Origin: Rhodospirillaceae bacterium | Lineage (GTDB): Bacteria; Pseudomonadota; Alphaproteobacteria; GCA-2731375 | DNA: 64,000 bases | NCBI GenBank assembly: GCA_018667855.1 | Contig: JABIRL010000145.1 | Span: 151-64,150, forward strand | Direction: 5' to 3' | Shown here: in pieces, positions 9,510 to 19,096 of the stretch | Layout of the letters: each line of letters starts with the position of its first letter | Position numbering within the stretch: the first letter of the stretch is position 1 | The notes under the pieces: model-generated | Seen by the model: only the letters and a program-made list of their open reading frames with translations | Database searches by the model: none | Told to the model about the DNA's origin: nothing | Made by a program: the position numbers and the translations under genes

Positions 9510-10649
9510 ATGAATGATGAAAGCGCGGGGCGTTTCCCGAAAATCACCGAACGCGGCGTTGAAGACCTGCAAAAACGCGTCGGCGTTAAGATTGAAAATA
9601 TGCCCGAACCTTGGTGTTACGAAGCGACCCGGGACAATATTCGCCATTACGCCAACGGCATCGGTGACGACAACCCCTTGTGGTGTGATCCCGACTATGC
9701 CGCCAAGACCCAATATGGCGGCCTGATCGCCCTGCCAAGTTTCCTATTTGCCACCAACCGGATTATATCCGGCTACGTGGGCGGTCTGCCGGGTATTCAT
9801 GCCATGTGGGCCGGGGCCGATTGGACCTGGCACAAATCACTGCGCCGCAACGATGAAATTCAATGCGAAGCCTGGCTGAAGGAATTGATCCCCCACGATA
9901 CGCAATTTTCAGGCCGCGCCATCCAACAGATCTATCACGTGGAATTTTATAATCAGGATGGCGACAACGTCGCCAGCGCCGACAGCTGGTGCTTCCGCAC
10001 CGAGCGGGACAAGGCGCGCGAGGCCGGCACCAAGTACGAGGCGGCAAAAAAGGGTCAGTTGACCTATACCGACGACGAGTTGGTGGACATCTACCGCCAC
10101 TACGCCAATGAAGAAGTGCGCGGCGCCGAAACCCGCTACTACGAAGATGTCGCTGTCGGTGAAAAGCTGCCCACCATGCTCAAGGGTCCCATGACCGCCA
10201 CGGGTTTCATCTGTTACGCCCAAGGCTGGGGCGGTTTGTATATCCGCGCCAACAAGCTGGCCTGGCAACAAATCCACAAGCATCCGGGACTGGGCGTCAC
10301 CAACCGCTTCAACATCCCCGACTGCCCCGAACGGGTGCATTGGGAAAACGATTTCGCCACGGAGGTCGGCGCGCCCGGCGCCTACGACTATGGACCGGAG
10401 CGCGTGTCATGGCTGACCCACCACCTGACCAATTGGATGGGTGACGATGGCTTCCTGGCCAGCCACAAGACCCGTATCCGCCGACATAACCCCGAGGGCG
10501 ATGTGATTTACATCAATGGCGAGGTCAGCAACAAATTCGTCGACGATCAAGGCCGCCACTGCATCGAAATCACCCACGAAGCCCGCCAACAGGACGACGA
10601 ACTGTCGATCCAGGGTACGGGCGTGGTTGTGTTGCCGTCGCGGGGATAG
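9510..10649 (+). CDS. Tandem MaoC/FAS1-like (R)-hydratase/dehydratase
   Basis: IRHYANGIGDDNPLWCD...IALP N-terminal hotdog; second hotdog YYEDVAVGEKLP...VHWENDFA. Confidence 0.85.
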   Translation: MNDESAGRFPKITERGVEDLQKRVGVKIENMPEPWCYEATRDNIRHYANGIGDDNPLWCDPDYAAKTQYGGLIALPSFLFATNRIISGYVGGLPGIHAMWAGADWTWHKSLRRNDEIQCEAWLKELIPHDTQFSGRAIQQIYHVEFYNQDGDNVASADSWCFRTERDKAREAGTKYEAAKKGQLTYTDDELVDIYRHYANEEVRGAETRYYEDVAVGEKLPTMLKGPMTATGFICYAQGWGGLYIRANKLAWQQIHKHPGLGVTNRFNIPDCPERVHWENDFATEVGAPGAYDYGPERVSWLTHHLTNWMGDDGFLASHKTRIRRHNPEGDVIYINGEVSNKFVDDQGRHCIEITHEARQQDDELSIQGTGVVVLPSRG

Positions 10650-10662
10650 AATTTCGGTCCAA

Positions 10663-11103
10663 TTAATGTGCCGGCGTATAGCCCCGGCCGTCGTAGTCGA
10701 AATCCCACAGTTCGCGGTTCTTCTCGTTGGCCAGGAAATAGTTGGCGTGGTAGCTGCGGATTTCGGCGATCAGGCCGTCCTGGAACAGGTACCATTCGCT
10801 GCCGCGCAGGACCTCCGGCGTGCCGGTGGCGGGCGGGGTCCAGCGCATGCTCCATTCGATCACCGCTTCGGGCTCCTGCACCAGGGCATGGTCAAGCCGC
10901 CAATGGGCCTGGGTGCGCGGGCCGACCTTGACCCAATAGTTAGCCAACCCCTCGGCGCCCCGCACGGCACCATGATCGACGAAATAATGCACGATGTCCG
11001 GGGTGAAGGTGGACATCATCAAATCGTAATCGGCGGTATTGCAGCCGTCATAATAACGTTTGATGGCGTCGATATAGGCATGGCCGGATTGCCGGGGCAT
11101 CAT
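10663..11103 (-). CDS. SnoaL/NTF2-like protein
   Basis: IKRYYDGCN.AD...FTPD, VIEW, GLIAEIRSY pattern. Confidence 0.85.
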   Translation of the reverse strand: MMPRQSGHAYIDAIKRYYDGCNTADYDLMMSTFTPDIVHYFVDHGAVRGAEGLANYWVKVGPRTQAHWRLDHALVQEPEAVIEWSMRWTPPATGTPEVLRGSEWYLFQDGLIAEIRSYHANYFLANEKNRELWDFDYDGRGYTPAH

Positions 11104-11124
11104 ATGCTTTCCATGTGCTAACGA

Positions 11125-11523
11125 TTAGGCCGCGATTGGCGTAAACAACGGCAATGTGAAACCGCCGTCGATGGGATGGAATACTACCTCCACCTGGTCA
11201 TCGATGGCCAAGGTGTCGAAATCGCAATCGATGATGTTGGTCATCATGGTGACGCCTTCCTCCAGCCGTACGTAGGCGATGACGTAGGGTACCGGAGCCC
11301 GGCGCATGACGGAAAAGCTATAGATGCTGCCCTTGCCCGACGCCTCATACCATTCGGTGTTGGAGCTGAAACAGTGCGGGCAGATGGCGCGCGGGTAATA
11401 GTGGGTTTCGCCGCAATCCGTGCAGCGTTTGAGCAATAACTTGCCTGCCGCCGTGCCTTCCCAGAACGGCTCCGCATCAAGGGCCGGCGCCGGCAGGGGA
11501 TAATCCGGGTACTGCGCGCTCAT
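11125..11523 (-). CDS. DUF35 Zn-ribbon/OB-fold protein
   Basis: PFWEG, CTDC and CPHC Zn ribbon, G.IYSFSV, PYVIAYVRLEEG; ATGA overlap with the thiolase-like gene. Confidence 0.92.
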   Translation of the reverse strand: MSAQYPDYPLPAPALDAEPFWEGTAAGKLLLKRCTDCGETHYYPRAICPHCFSSNTEWYEASGKGSIYSFSVMRRAPVPYVIAYVRLEEGVTMMTNIIDCDFDTLAIDDQVEVVFHPIDGGFTLPLFTPIAA

Positions 11524-12698
11524 GCGTCGTACCTCCCCAATATAGCCGTGGCGCTGCACAGGCGCGTCGAGATCAACCCGCCGGAGCCATGGGCAAGGGC
11601 AAAGGTGCAATCGGGCACCTGTACCTTTGGGTGCGCCTCGCAACGTACCTGGCGCGTCGCTTCAATGATCTTGGTCATGCTGCCCCGGTTGGAGGGGTGG
11701 TTGTTGCACAGACCGCCGCCGTCAGTGTTGAACGGTAGTTTGCCAACGCCGGAAATCAGATTGCCGTCGGATACGAATTTTCCGCCCTGGCCCTTTTCGC
11801 AAAAGCCCAGATCCTCCAACGTAATCAGCACGGTGATGGTAAAACTGTCATAGATCGTGACCATGTCGATGTCGGCGGGCGTCAGATTGGCTTCCTCAAA
11901 AGCAATAGCGCCTGATTTGATACCTGCCGTGTGGGTCAGTTCGACCTGCCCACGGTTGGTGGTCTTGATCGCATCGCCCTGGCCCAATACCTTGACGCAT
12001 CGGTCACGGTGGGGATCTCCCAGTGATTTGGCGATCTCCGGGCTGACCACCACCAATGCGCCGCCGCCGTCACTGACCACGCAACAATCCAGGCGGTGCA
12101 GCGGGTCGGCGATCATGGGGGAATTGACCACATCCTCGACCGTGACCACCTTGCGCAACATGGCGTGTTCGTTGTGCTGGGCATGTTGCGAAGCCGCGAC
12201 CTTGATCCAGGCAAGTTGCTCCGCCGTGGTGCCGAATTCGTGGCGATGGCGCATGGCGGCCATGGCGTAGTTGTTGACGATGTTCTGATTGAACGGCGTT
12301 TCGAAGCCCAGATCGGGGGTGTCGTTGCCATAGTCGGGCAATGGGCCGCTGGTTGCCATGCGCGGACGGCCGGCCAGGGTGATCAGGGCGACGGAACACT
12401 TTCCCGCCGCGATCGCCTCGGCCGCATGGCCCAGGTGCACCACATAGGCCGAGCCGCCGGTATCGGTGGAATCCGTATAGCGGACGTCCAGGCCCATGTA
12501 TTCCACCATGGACAGCCCGCCAAGCCCCGGCGCGTCGCCGGCACAGAAATAGCCGTCCACATCGTCCTTGGTCAGCCCCGCATCGGCCAGGGCGCCGCGG
12601 GCCACCTCGGCATGCAACTGGGCCACTGATTTATCCACCGCGTGGCGGGTCGGATGTTCGTATGCGCCCGCGATGTACGCCTTACAGGGTCGCGCCAT
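11520..12698 (-). CDS. Thiolase-superfamily (SCP-x/lipid-transfer type) protein lacking the nucleophilic Cys
   Basis: DCCVVSDGGGA, YDSFT, LEDLGFC.KG, NTDGGGL; TGGSA where thiolases usually have CASG. Confidence 0.88.
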   Translation of the reverse strand: MARPCKAYIAGAYEHPTRHAVDKSVAQLHAEVARGALADAGLTKDDVDGYFCAGDAPGLGGLSMVEYMGLDVRYTDSTDTGGSAYVVHLGHAAEAIAAGKCSVALITLAGRPRMATSGPLPDYGNDTPDLGFETPFNQNIVNNYAMAAMRHRHEFGTTAEQLAWIKVAASQHAQHNEHAMLRKVVTVEDVVNSPMIADPLHRLDCCVVSDGGGALVVVSPEIAKSLGDPHRDRCVKVLGQGDAIKTTNRGQVELTHTAGIKSGAIAFEEANLTPADIDMVTIYDSFTITVLITLEDLGFCEKGQGGKFVSDGNLISGVGKLPFNTDGGGLCNNHPSNRGSMTKIIEATRQVRCEAHPKVQVPDCTFALAHGSGGLISTRLCSATAILGRYDA

Positions 12699-12711
12699 TT
12701 CCAGATTCTAC

Positions 12712-13059
12712 CTATTTTGCCGCCATCACCATGATTTCCACCAAATAGCCGGGCGCGGCCAGATCGCTGCACAGGCCGGCGCGGACGGGCGGGTTTTCCG
12801 GATCGATCCAGCCATCCCAAACTTCGTTCATGGCGGCGAAATTGCGCATGTCGGTAACCCATAGCTGGGCCCACAGCAGTTTCGACTTGCTGCTGCCCGC
12901 GGTCGCCAACAGGGCGTCGATCTTGGCCAGGACCTGGCGGGTCTGCTCGCTAATGTCGGCATTTATGTCACTGGCGACCTGCCCGGCCAGATAAACGACG
13001 TTGTTATGTTCGACTGCCTGGCTCATGCGTGGGCCGGGGTTATGCCGGGTGATATCCAT
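12712..13059 (-). CDS. RidA/Rid-family protein
   Basis: VYLAGQV, FAAMNEVWD, PPVRA, LVEI motifs. Confidence 0.92.
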   Translation of the reverse strand: MDITRHNPGPRMSQAVEHNNVVYLAGQVASDINADISEQTRQVLAKIDALLATAGSSKSKLLWAQLWVTDMRNFAAMNEVWDGWIDPENPPVRAGLCSDLAAPGYLVEIMVMAAK

Positions 13060-13115
13060 TATTTTATTCCTTCGGTTTGCTGGTGGTGCCTTGCGCAAGA
13101 CGATTCTATAGAGTT

Positions 13116-13169
13116 TAGTGGTCTTTCGCTCCTCACTGATAGGTGCCATCCGTCAGGAGCGGACCACTA
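13116..13169. repeat. 54-bp palindromic intergenic element
   Basis: TAGTGGTC-ttt-CGCTCCT ... AGGAGCG-GACCACTA nested inverted repeats with TA ends. Confidence 0.5.
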
Positions 13170-13368
13170 GAATGCTGCAGAAGCCTAACCCAGCGAAAAT
13201 GCCAAGGCAAAAGCAAAACGCCGGCGGCGGTCCATCATCGGCGTATTGGCAGCTTCGTCATTGCGTCCCATGGGCTGTCCTGGTAGGTTCCGCCGCCTTT
13301 CCGCGCTGTAGAGCGACAGAATTGCGGGCGGGAAACCATGCACGAGGTCTAACGATGAGGATGACGCC

Positions 13369-13935
13369 ATGAGGATCAATGGCAATGCCATTCGGCCCGG
13401 AAATGTGGTCGAGCATAAGGGCGGCTTGTGGCGGGCGGTAAAGATCGCCCACACCCAGCCCGGCAAGGGCGGCGCCTATTTGCAGGTCGAATTGCGCAAT
13501 CTGCGCGATGGCAGCAAACTGAACGAACGTTTCCGGGCTTCGGAAAATGTCGAAAAAATTCGCCTGGATCAAAAGGATCATCAATTCCTGTTCGGCGATG
13601 GTGACAGCTTTACCTTCATGGACGTCGAAACTTACGAACAAGTTGAATTGAATGGCGATCAACTGGGCGACATGGCGGCCTATTTGCAGGACGGCATGTC
13701 CGTGTCCATAGAAAGCCATGAAGGCAGTATTCTCGGCGTGTCACTGCCAGAGCATGTTGTTTTGGAAGTCATGGAGACGGAACCTGTCCTGAAGGGTCAG
13801 ACGGCCGCCGCGTCCTATAAGCCGGCGGTGCTGGAGAATGACATCCGCTCCTCGGTGCCGCCGTTTGTTGGCGTCGGCGATAAAATCGTCGTCGCGACCG
13901 AGGATGGCTCCTACGTCAAGCGGGCCGATAGTTGA
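13369..13935 (+). CDS. efp: Elongation factor P
   Basis: QPGKGGA loop, [29 protein letters not shown]; GAGG RBS. Confidence 0.97.
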   Translation: MRINGNAIRPGNVVEHKGGLWRAVKIAHTQPGKGGAYLQVELRNLRDGSKLNERFRASENVEKIRLDQKDHQFLFGDGDSFTFMDVETYEQVELNGDQLGDMAAYLQDGMSVSIESHEGSILGVSLPEHVVLEVMETEPVLKGQTAAASYKPAVLENDIRSSVPPFVGVGDKIVVATEDGSYVKRADS

Positions 13936-13988
13936 GCCTTCTGTTGCCGTTGCCCGCAGACATAATTTTCGCCGATTGGAACTGATCG

Positions 13989-14792
13989 TTGGCCAGAACA
14001 TCTCCCACAATGAACATCATGCAACAGGCGGCGCGCAAAGCATCGCGTCGATTGGTGCGTGATTTTGGCGAAGTGGAAAACTTGCAAGTCTCGCGCAAGG
14101 GACCGGGTGATTTTGTCACCGCCGCCGACGTGCGCACCGATGATATGCTGCGCGATGCCCTGTTGCAGGCCCGGCCAACCTATGGCTTCCTGACCGAGGA
14201 AGGCGAGGATATCGTTGGCGAAGACGAGGCCCGGCGCTGGATCATTGATCCCATCGACGGCACGACAAATTTCATGCACGGCATCCCGATGTTCGCCATT
14301 TCAATTGCGTTGGAGGAAATGGGCGAAGTGACGTCCGCTCTGGTCTATGCGCCAATTTCCGACGAGATGTTCTGGGCCGAAAAGGGCCAGGGCGCTTTTT
14401 TGAATGACCGCCGCCTGCGGGTCGCCGCGCGCCGGCATATGGGTGATACGGTGATAGGAACCGGAATTCCCCATCTGGGCCGCCCGGAAAATCCAAGCTA
14501 TGCAGCCGAAATGAGTGCCATCGCCGGCGAATGCGCGGGCATTCGGCGCATGGGCTCCGCGGCCCTGGATCTGGCTTATGTCGCAGCCGGGCGCTTCGAT
14601 GGTGTCTGGGAAACCGGTTTGTCACCTTGGGATATTGCCGCCGGGTTGTTGCTGGCACGGGAAGCGGGCGCCATGGTTAGCCGCACCGATGGCGGCGCTG
14701 ACCCGATGTACAAAGGCGATGTGCTGGCGGCGAATGAGGCGATTCACGGCCGCATGCTGCGCTTGATCAGGCAGGCCCGACGTCCTGGGTAA
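13989..14792 (+). CDS. suhB: Inositol monophosphatase family protein
   Basis: DFVTAAD, EE, WIIDPIDGTTNF, RRMGSAALDL, PWDIAAG; TTG start. Confidence 0.95.
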   Translation: MARTSPTMNIMQQAARKASRRLVRDFGEVENLQVSRKGPGDFVTAADVRTDDMLRDALLQARPTYGFLTEEGEDIVGEDEARRWIIDPIDGTTNFMHGIPMFAISIALEEMGEVTSALVYAPISDEMFWAEKGQGAFLNDRRLRVAARRHMGDTVIGTGIPHLGRPENPSYAAEMSAIAGECAGIRRMGSAALDLAYVAAGRFDGVWETGLSPWDIAAGLLLAREAGAMVSRTDGGADPMYKGDVLAANEAIHGRMLRLIRQARRPG

Positions 14793-15062
14793 TTCCCGTC
14801 GGAACCTGCCGTGGCCGGAATGCCACATTTTCGCCAAGATTTGTCCCTCTAATTGCGCACTGGAGCGGGAAACCTGTCCTGCATGTAAAGAGAACGCGCT
14901 AAATCATTGCCCGGACAGGCATTTTGCTCTATCGTGCCGGGCTAACAGATAAGGCTGTGGAGCCACCCTGGAAGGTGTCGGATAACGCACCGGAACAGTG
15001 TCGGGTTGCACGATCTTATCAGGGATCAACATTTTGCCTCGAGAAACAGCCGCGAAAGCACC

Positions 15063-16406
15063 ATGAAAGCAAATCTTGACGCGATCCTTGGCTCCATGAA
15101 TGATTCCCCGCGAATGCCTCGCCGTGCGATAAGTATATCGGGGAAAGCAATTTTTTTGACGGCTTTTGCCGTGAGCCTGGGGATGGTTTCCACTGCCCGT
15201 ACTGTTGTCGCGCAACAGACCGTGCATATTGGCGGACAGGGCGGCACGGCAGGAGTTACAATTAATCTCAGCGCCATTTATGGCAACACTGGCGGCAACA
15301 TGGGCGGCAACACTGGCGGCAACATGGTCGCACCGGTACCATCGCTGCAAATTGACCTTGCCAGGCGCCAGGGCGGCCGGCAGTTGTTGATTCCAAATTT
15401 GAATATGCGCCCCGCGAAGCGGCAATTCACGCTGCGCCGGCCCGGTCCGGCAACCGCATCGAAGGCGCCGGCAATGGCGCCGGCCGGGACACAGAATACG
15501 ATGCCGGCAATCCGGACCCCTGTCATGACCGCAAGGCCGGCCACACCGCCCCCCGCTGCGATGCCATCCGCCATGGCGCCCCCCATCAAGCGTGAAGTCG
15601 TGCCGCCCATCCGGCGCGAGGCGGTGCCCCAGATCAGATCTAAAATAGCTAGCAACCGCCCGCCCGCGCCGTCAGCGCCGGAGCCGCCAAAACCGACCAC
15701 CATTACGAAGCCTGTTGCCAAAATGCCGGCTAAGAAATTAACGGTGTCTTCGAGGCAGGCGCGTCTGGCCCCGCCGCCGCCGCCCGCGCCGATAATTTCG
15801 GCGCCCAAGCCGAAGGCGGCGCCTATGCCGAAGGCGGCGCCCATGGCCGTGGCTAAACCCAAGGTCATGCCAAAAAAGGTCACGCCAAAAGCTGTCGCGA
15901 GCAAGATGCCAATATCGCCGCCGCCGCCCCCTGCCGCCAGCAAGCTGGTGCCGCCTCCGCCGCCACCGATGATCGCCAGTAAGACGGTGAAGAAAATCGC
16001 CACAATCCCGGCCGCCCCACCGTTGCCTGCGAAGGCGGAAAAACCGGTTGATCGTCAAGTTGAACGTCAGCGCGTCGCGGCCCTGAAACCACCGGGCAGT
16101 GCCAGTTTAGAAGTTCGCTTCCGGGCGGGCAGTTCGGTTTTATCCCGCGACGACGAAAAACGCTTAAAGACCATGGCCAGGAAAGTCGAGCCGACGGATG
16201 CGCGATTGCAATTGAAGGCCTATGCGGAAGCCACGGGCAATGATACCTCGAAGGCACGGCGGCTGTCGTTGTCCCGGGCGTTGTCGGTGCGATCTTTCCT
16301 GATTGAAAACGGTTTGCGCAGCACGCGGATCGATGTGCGCGCCTTGGGCATCGCGCGCGATGGCGGGCCGCCGGATCGGGTTGATGTTTTGATGCTGGAG
16401 CGGTAG
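15063..16406 (+). CDS. Exported Pro/Ala/Lys-rich protein with C-terminal OmpA-like domain
   Basis: Signal-like hydrophobic stretch, long low-complexity region with P5-P6 runs, C-terminal ARRLSLSRALSVRSFL..G...RIDVRALG...DRVD; start uncertain. Confidence 0.8.
   Translation: MKANLDAILGSMNDSPRMPRRAISISGKAIFLTAFAVSLGMVSTARTVVAQQTVHIGGQGGTAGVTINLSAIYGNTGGNMGGNTGGNMVAPVPSLQIDLARRQGGRQLLIPNLNMRPAKRQFTLRRPGPATASKAPAMAPAGTQNTMPAIRTPVMTARPATPPPAAMPSAMAPPIKREVVPPIRREAVPQIRSKIASNRPPAPSAPEPPKPTTITKPVAKMPAKKLTVSSRQARLAPPPPPAPIISAPKPKAAPMPKAAPMAVAKPKVMPKKVTPKAVASKMPISPPPPPAASKLVPPPPPPMIASKTVKKIATIPAAPPLPAKAEKPVDRQVERQRVAALKPPGSASLEVRFRAGSSVLSRDDEKRLKTMARKVEPTDARLQLKAYAEATGNDTSKARRLSLSRALSVRSFLIENGLRSTRIDVRALGIARDGGPPDRVDVLMLER
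15282..15327 (+). repeat. In-frame 12-bp tandem repeat (GNTG/GNMG, about 4 units)
   Basis: ggcaacactggc ggcaacatgggc ggcaacactggc ggcaacatgg. Confidence 0.85.
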
Positions 16407-16524
16407 CACATAATACCGTGCCGTTCGAAGGAACGCGGTCGGATGCGGGTATGTGAGAGTTGCATTTGCGCGGAATCGGTTTCCATGGATTGCTGAGGGC
16501 AGTAGATATGAATGGAATTGCGGC

Positions 16525-17664
16525 ATGACCAAGCCAGACCGCTATCTGGTCCGCATGGCGATATTCCTGGCCTTGGTCGCTGCCGCGGCGGTGCTGCTGT
16601 ATCTGCCTCTGGTCCGGGCCTTTCAGGCGAATACCGTACTAAATGGCATGATCCTGGCGACGCTGGCATTCGGCATTGTCCATGCCTTTCGTCAGGTCCT
16701 GATGCTGCGTCCGGAAGTGGAGTGGGTCGAAACTTTTCGCCGCTCGGAACCCGGGCTATCGGTCCAGCGTGAACCGCGGTTGTTGGCGCCCATGGCGACC
16801 ATGCTGGGGGAGCGCACGGCGGGCCGAATGTCATTGTCGGCGCTGTCCATGCGCTCGATGCTGGATTCCATTCATTCCCGATTGGATGAAAGCCGAGATC
16901 TGTCCCGCTATCTGATCGGTTTGCTGATCTTTCTCGGTCTGCTGGGCACTTTTTGGGGCTTGTTGGAAACGGTTGGCGCCGTGGGCAAGACAATTGGCAG
17001 TCTATCCCTGGCCGCCGGTGACTTCGCCAGCATTTTTTCGGATTTGAAAGAAGGCCTGCAGTCACCCTTAAACGGCATGGCGATCGCTTTTTCGTCCTCA
17101 TTGTTCGGTTTGGCCGGCAGTCTGGTACTTGGTTTCCTGGAGTTGCAGGCCAGTCAGGCGCAGAACCGGTTTTATAATGATCTGGAAGAATGGCTTTCCA
17201 GCTATACCCGCCTCTCCAGCGGCAGCGGCCTGGCGGAAGGCGACCAATCAGTACCAGCCTACGTTCAGGCGTTGCTGGAACAAACCGCCGATAGTCTGGA
17301 AAATCTGCAACGCACGATCTCCCGCTCGGAAGAGGGGCGGGGCTCGGCACAGAACACCTTGATGGCCTTGGTGGACAAACTATCCATCCTGACCGATCAG
17401 ATGAAGGCGGAACAAGGCCTGATGGTTCAGCTGGTGGAAAATCAGATGGAAGTCCGTCCTGTGCTGCAAAGCCTGAACAATCACCTGGAAGGACAGCAAA
17501 GCGGCCTGGATGAAGCCAGCCGCGGCCATCTTCGCAACCTTGACAATTACGTCGTGCGTTTGCTGGAGGAGATGAGCGAGGGCCGCAATCAAACCGTGGC
17601 CGAAGTGCGTAGTGAAATCAAACTCCTTGCCCGTACGATCGCGGCCATGGCCGATGAGCGTTGA
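16525..17664 (+). CDS. MotA/TolQ/ExbB-family proton-channel protein with C-terminal coiled-coil tail
   Basis: LIFLGLLGTFWGLL and GMAIAFSSSLFGL TM motifs; helical tail of about 150 aa. Confidence 0.85.
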   Translation: MTKPDRYLVRMAIFLALVAAAAVLLYLPLVRAFQANTVLNGMILATLAFGIVHAFRQVLMLRPEVEWVETFRRSEPGLSVQREPRLLAPMATMLGERTAGRMSLSALSMRSMLDSIHSRLDESRDLSRYLIGLLIFLGLLGTFWGLLETVGAVGKTIGSLSLAAGDFASIFSDLKEGLQSPLNGMAIAFSSSLFGLAGSLVLGFLELQASQAQNRFYNDLEEWLSSYTRLSSGSGLAEGDQSVPAYVQALLEQTADSLENLQRTISRSEEGRGSAQNTLMALVDKLSILTDQMKAEQGLMVQLVENQMEVRPVLQSLNNHLEGQQSGLDEASRGHLRNLDNYVVRLLEEMSEGRNQTVAEVRSEIKLLARTIAAMADER

Positions 17665-17710
17665 GCGATTTCCAATGACCGCTTGTCCGATAATCAACAT
17701 ACGATGATCG

Positions 17711-19030
17711 ATGGCCAGACGACGCAATAGTAACGCCGGTTCCGTCAACATCTGGCCCGGCTTTGTCGATGCCTTGGCCACGCTGTTGCTGGTCATCATC
17801 TTCCTGCTGGTGGTGTTCGTGCTGGCACAGGTGCTGTTGACCCAGGCCATTTCGGGCAAGGATGAAGCATTGGACCGGCTGAACCGGCAGGTCGCGGAGT
17901 TGGCCGATTTGCTGGACTTGGAACGCCAGGCCAATGTGGACCTTCGCCTGAACATCGCCCAGCTATCATCCTCTCTGCAAACAACTGCCGCGGGCCGTGA
18001 TCAGTTGCAGGTTGAGCTACGGCAGATGGTCAACCGGGCCCAACAGGCCGAAGATGCCTTGGCCGCGGCGCAAAGCCGGGAGCAGATCAGCCGCGAAGTC
18101 AGCCAACGCCGCCTGCTGGAGCTGGAAAGCCTGCGCCGGGACATTGAAGCCCTGCGCAAATTACGCGGTACGTTGGAGGCCCAGGTCAGCAAACTGACGC
18201 AAAATCTGGCCGTGCGGGAAACCGAGTTGGGTACCTTGCGGGACCGCAGCAAGGAACTGCAATCCGCGCTGGCCAGCGAGCGGGAACGTACCTTGTTGGC
18301 ACAAAAGGAAATTGATGAGCGGGAAATCCGGCTATCGGAATTGCTGGACCTCTATACCCGCCTGGAAGAAGACTACAATGCGGAGCAGGTCTTGAGTTCG
18401 GAACAAAAGGCCCAGGTCGGCGTTCTGAACCAGCAGATCCTTGCCCTGCGGCGGGAGCTGCAGCAATTGAACGACGCCCTGAATGCCTCGGAAACCAAGG
18501 ATCAGCAGGACGAAGCGACCATAACCGATCTGGGCAAACAACTGAACCGCGCCCTGGCCAGCAAGGTCCAGGAATTGACCCGCTATCGTTCGGAATTCTT
18601 CGGCAAATTACGGGAAGTTCTCGGCCAGCGGCGGGGTATTCGCATTGTCGGCGATCGGTTCGTTTTTCAATCCGAGGTGCTTTTCGGCTCCGGCTCCGCC
18701 CTGCTGGAGCGGGCGGGCCAGGCCCAGATTGCCCAGATGGCGACGACCCTGGTGGAAATTTCCCGGCAGATACCGGCCGACATCAATTGGGTGCTGCGGG
18801 TCGATGGGCATACGGATGCAATACCGATTTCGACGCCTCAGTTCCCTTCGAATTGGGAGCTGTCGGCGGCGCGGGCTATTGCCGTGGTCAAGTTCATGGT
18901 CGAACAAGGCGTACCCGCGAACCGCCTGGCGGCGACGGGTTTCGGCGAATTCCAACCCCTAGACGACCGATCCGGCGAAATCGCTTACCGCCGCAACCGA
19001 CGTATCGAATTCAAGTTGACCCAGCGTTGA
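17711..19030 (+). CDS. MotB-like peptidoglycan-binding protein (TM, long coiled coil, OmpA-like domain)
   Basis: WPGFVDAL TM with the conserved Asp; GHTD, NWELSAARA, GFGEFQP, RNRRIE. Confidence 0.9.
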   Translation: MARRRNSNAGSVNIWPGFVDALATLLLVIIFLLVVFVLAQVLLTQAISGKDEALDRLNRQVAELADLLDLERQANVDLRLNIAQLSSSLQTTAAGRDQLQVELRQMVNRAQQAEDALAAAQSREQISREVSQRRLLELESLRRDIEALRKLRGTLEAQVSKLTQNLAVRETELGTLRDRSKELQSALASERERTLLAQKEIDEREIRLSELLDLYTRLEEDYNAEQVLSSEQKAQVGVLNQQILALRRELQQLNDALNASETKDQQDEATITDLGKQLNRALASKVQELTRYRSEFFGKLREVLGQRRGIRIVGDRFVFQSEVLFGSGSALLERAGQAQIAQMATTLVEISRQIPADINWVLRVDGHTDAIPISTPQFPSNWELSAARAIAVVKFMVEQGVPANRLAATGFGEFQPLDDRSGEIAYRRNRRIEFKLTQR

Positions 19031-19096
19031 TATCGCCAGGATGGTTTCGGGCGTCTAAGAGCATGGCGGTACCAGCCAGATTGCGCTGTAGCCTAT

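Noticed and set aside
14861-14869. att-like copy of the tRNA-Gly 3' end (TGGAGCGGG; also an 11-bp match near 18705)
   Set aside because: Matches of 9-11 bp are expected by chance in GC-rich DNA, and no integrase is present
16525-19030. Zorya anti-phage system or flagellar stator
   Set aside because: No ZorC/D/E-like helicase or nuclease genes and no flagellar genes nearby; the context is housekeeping (efp, suhB)
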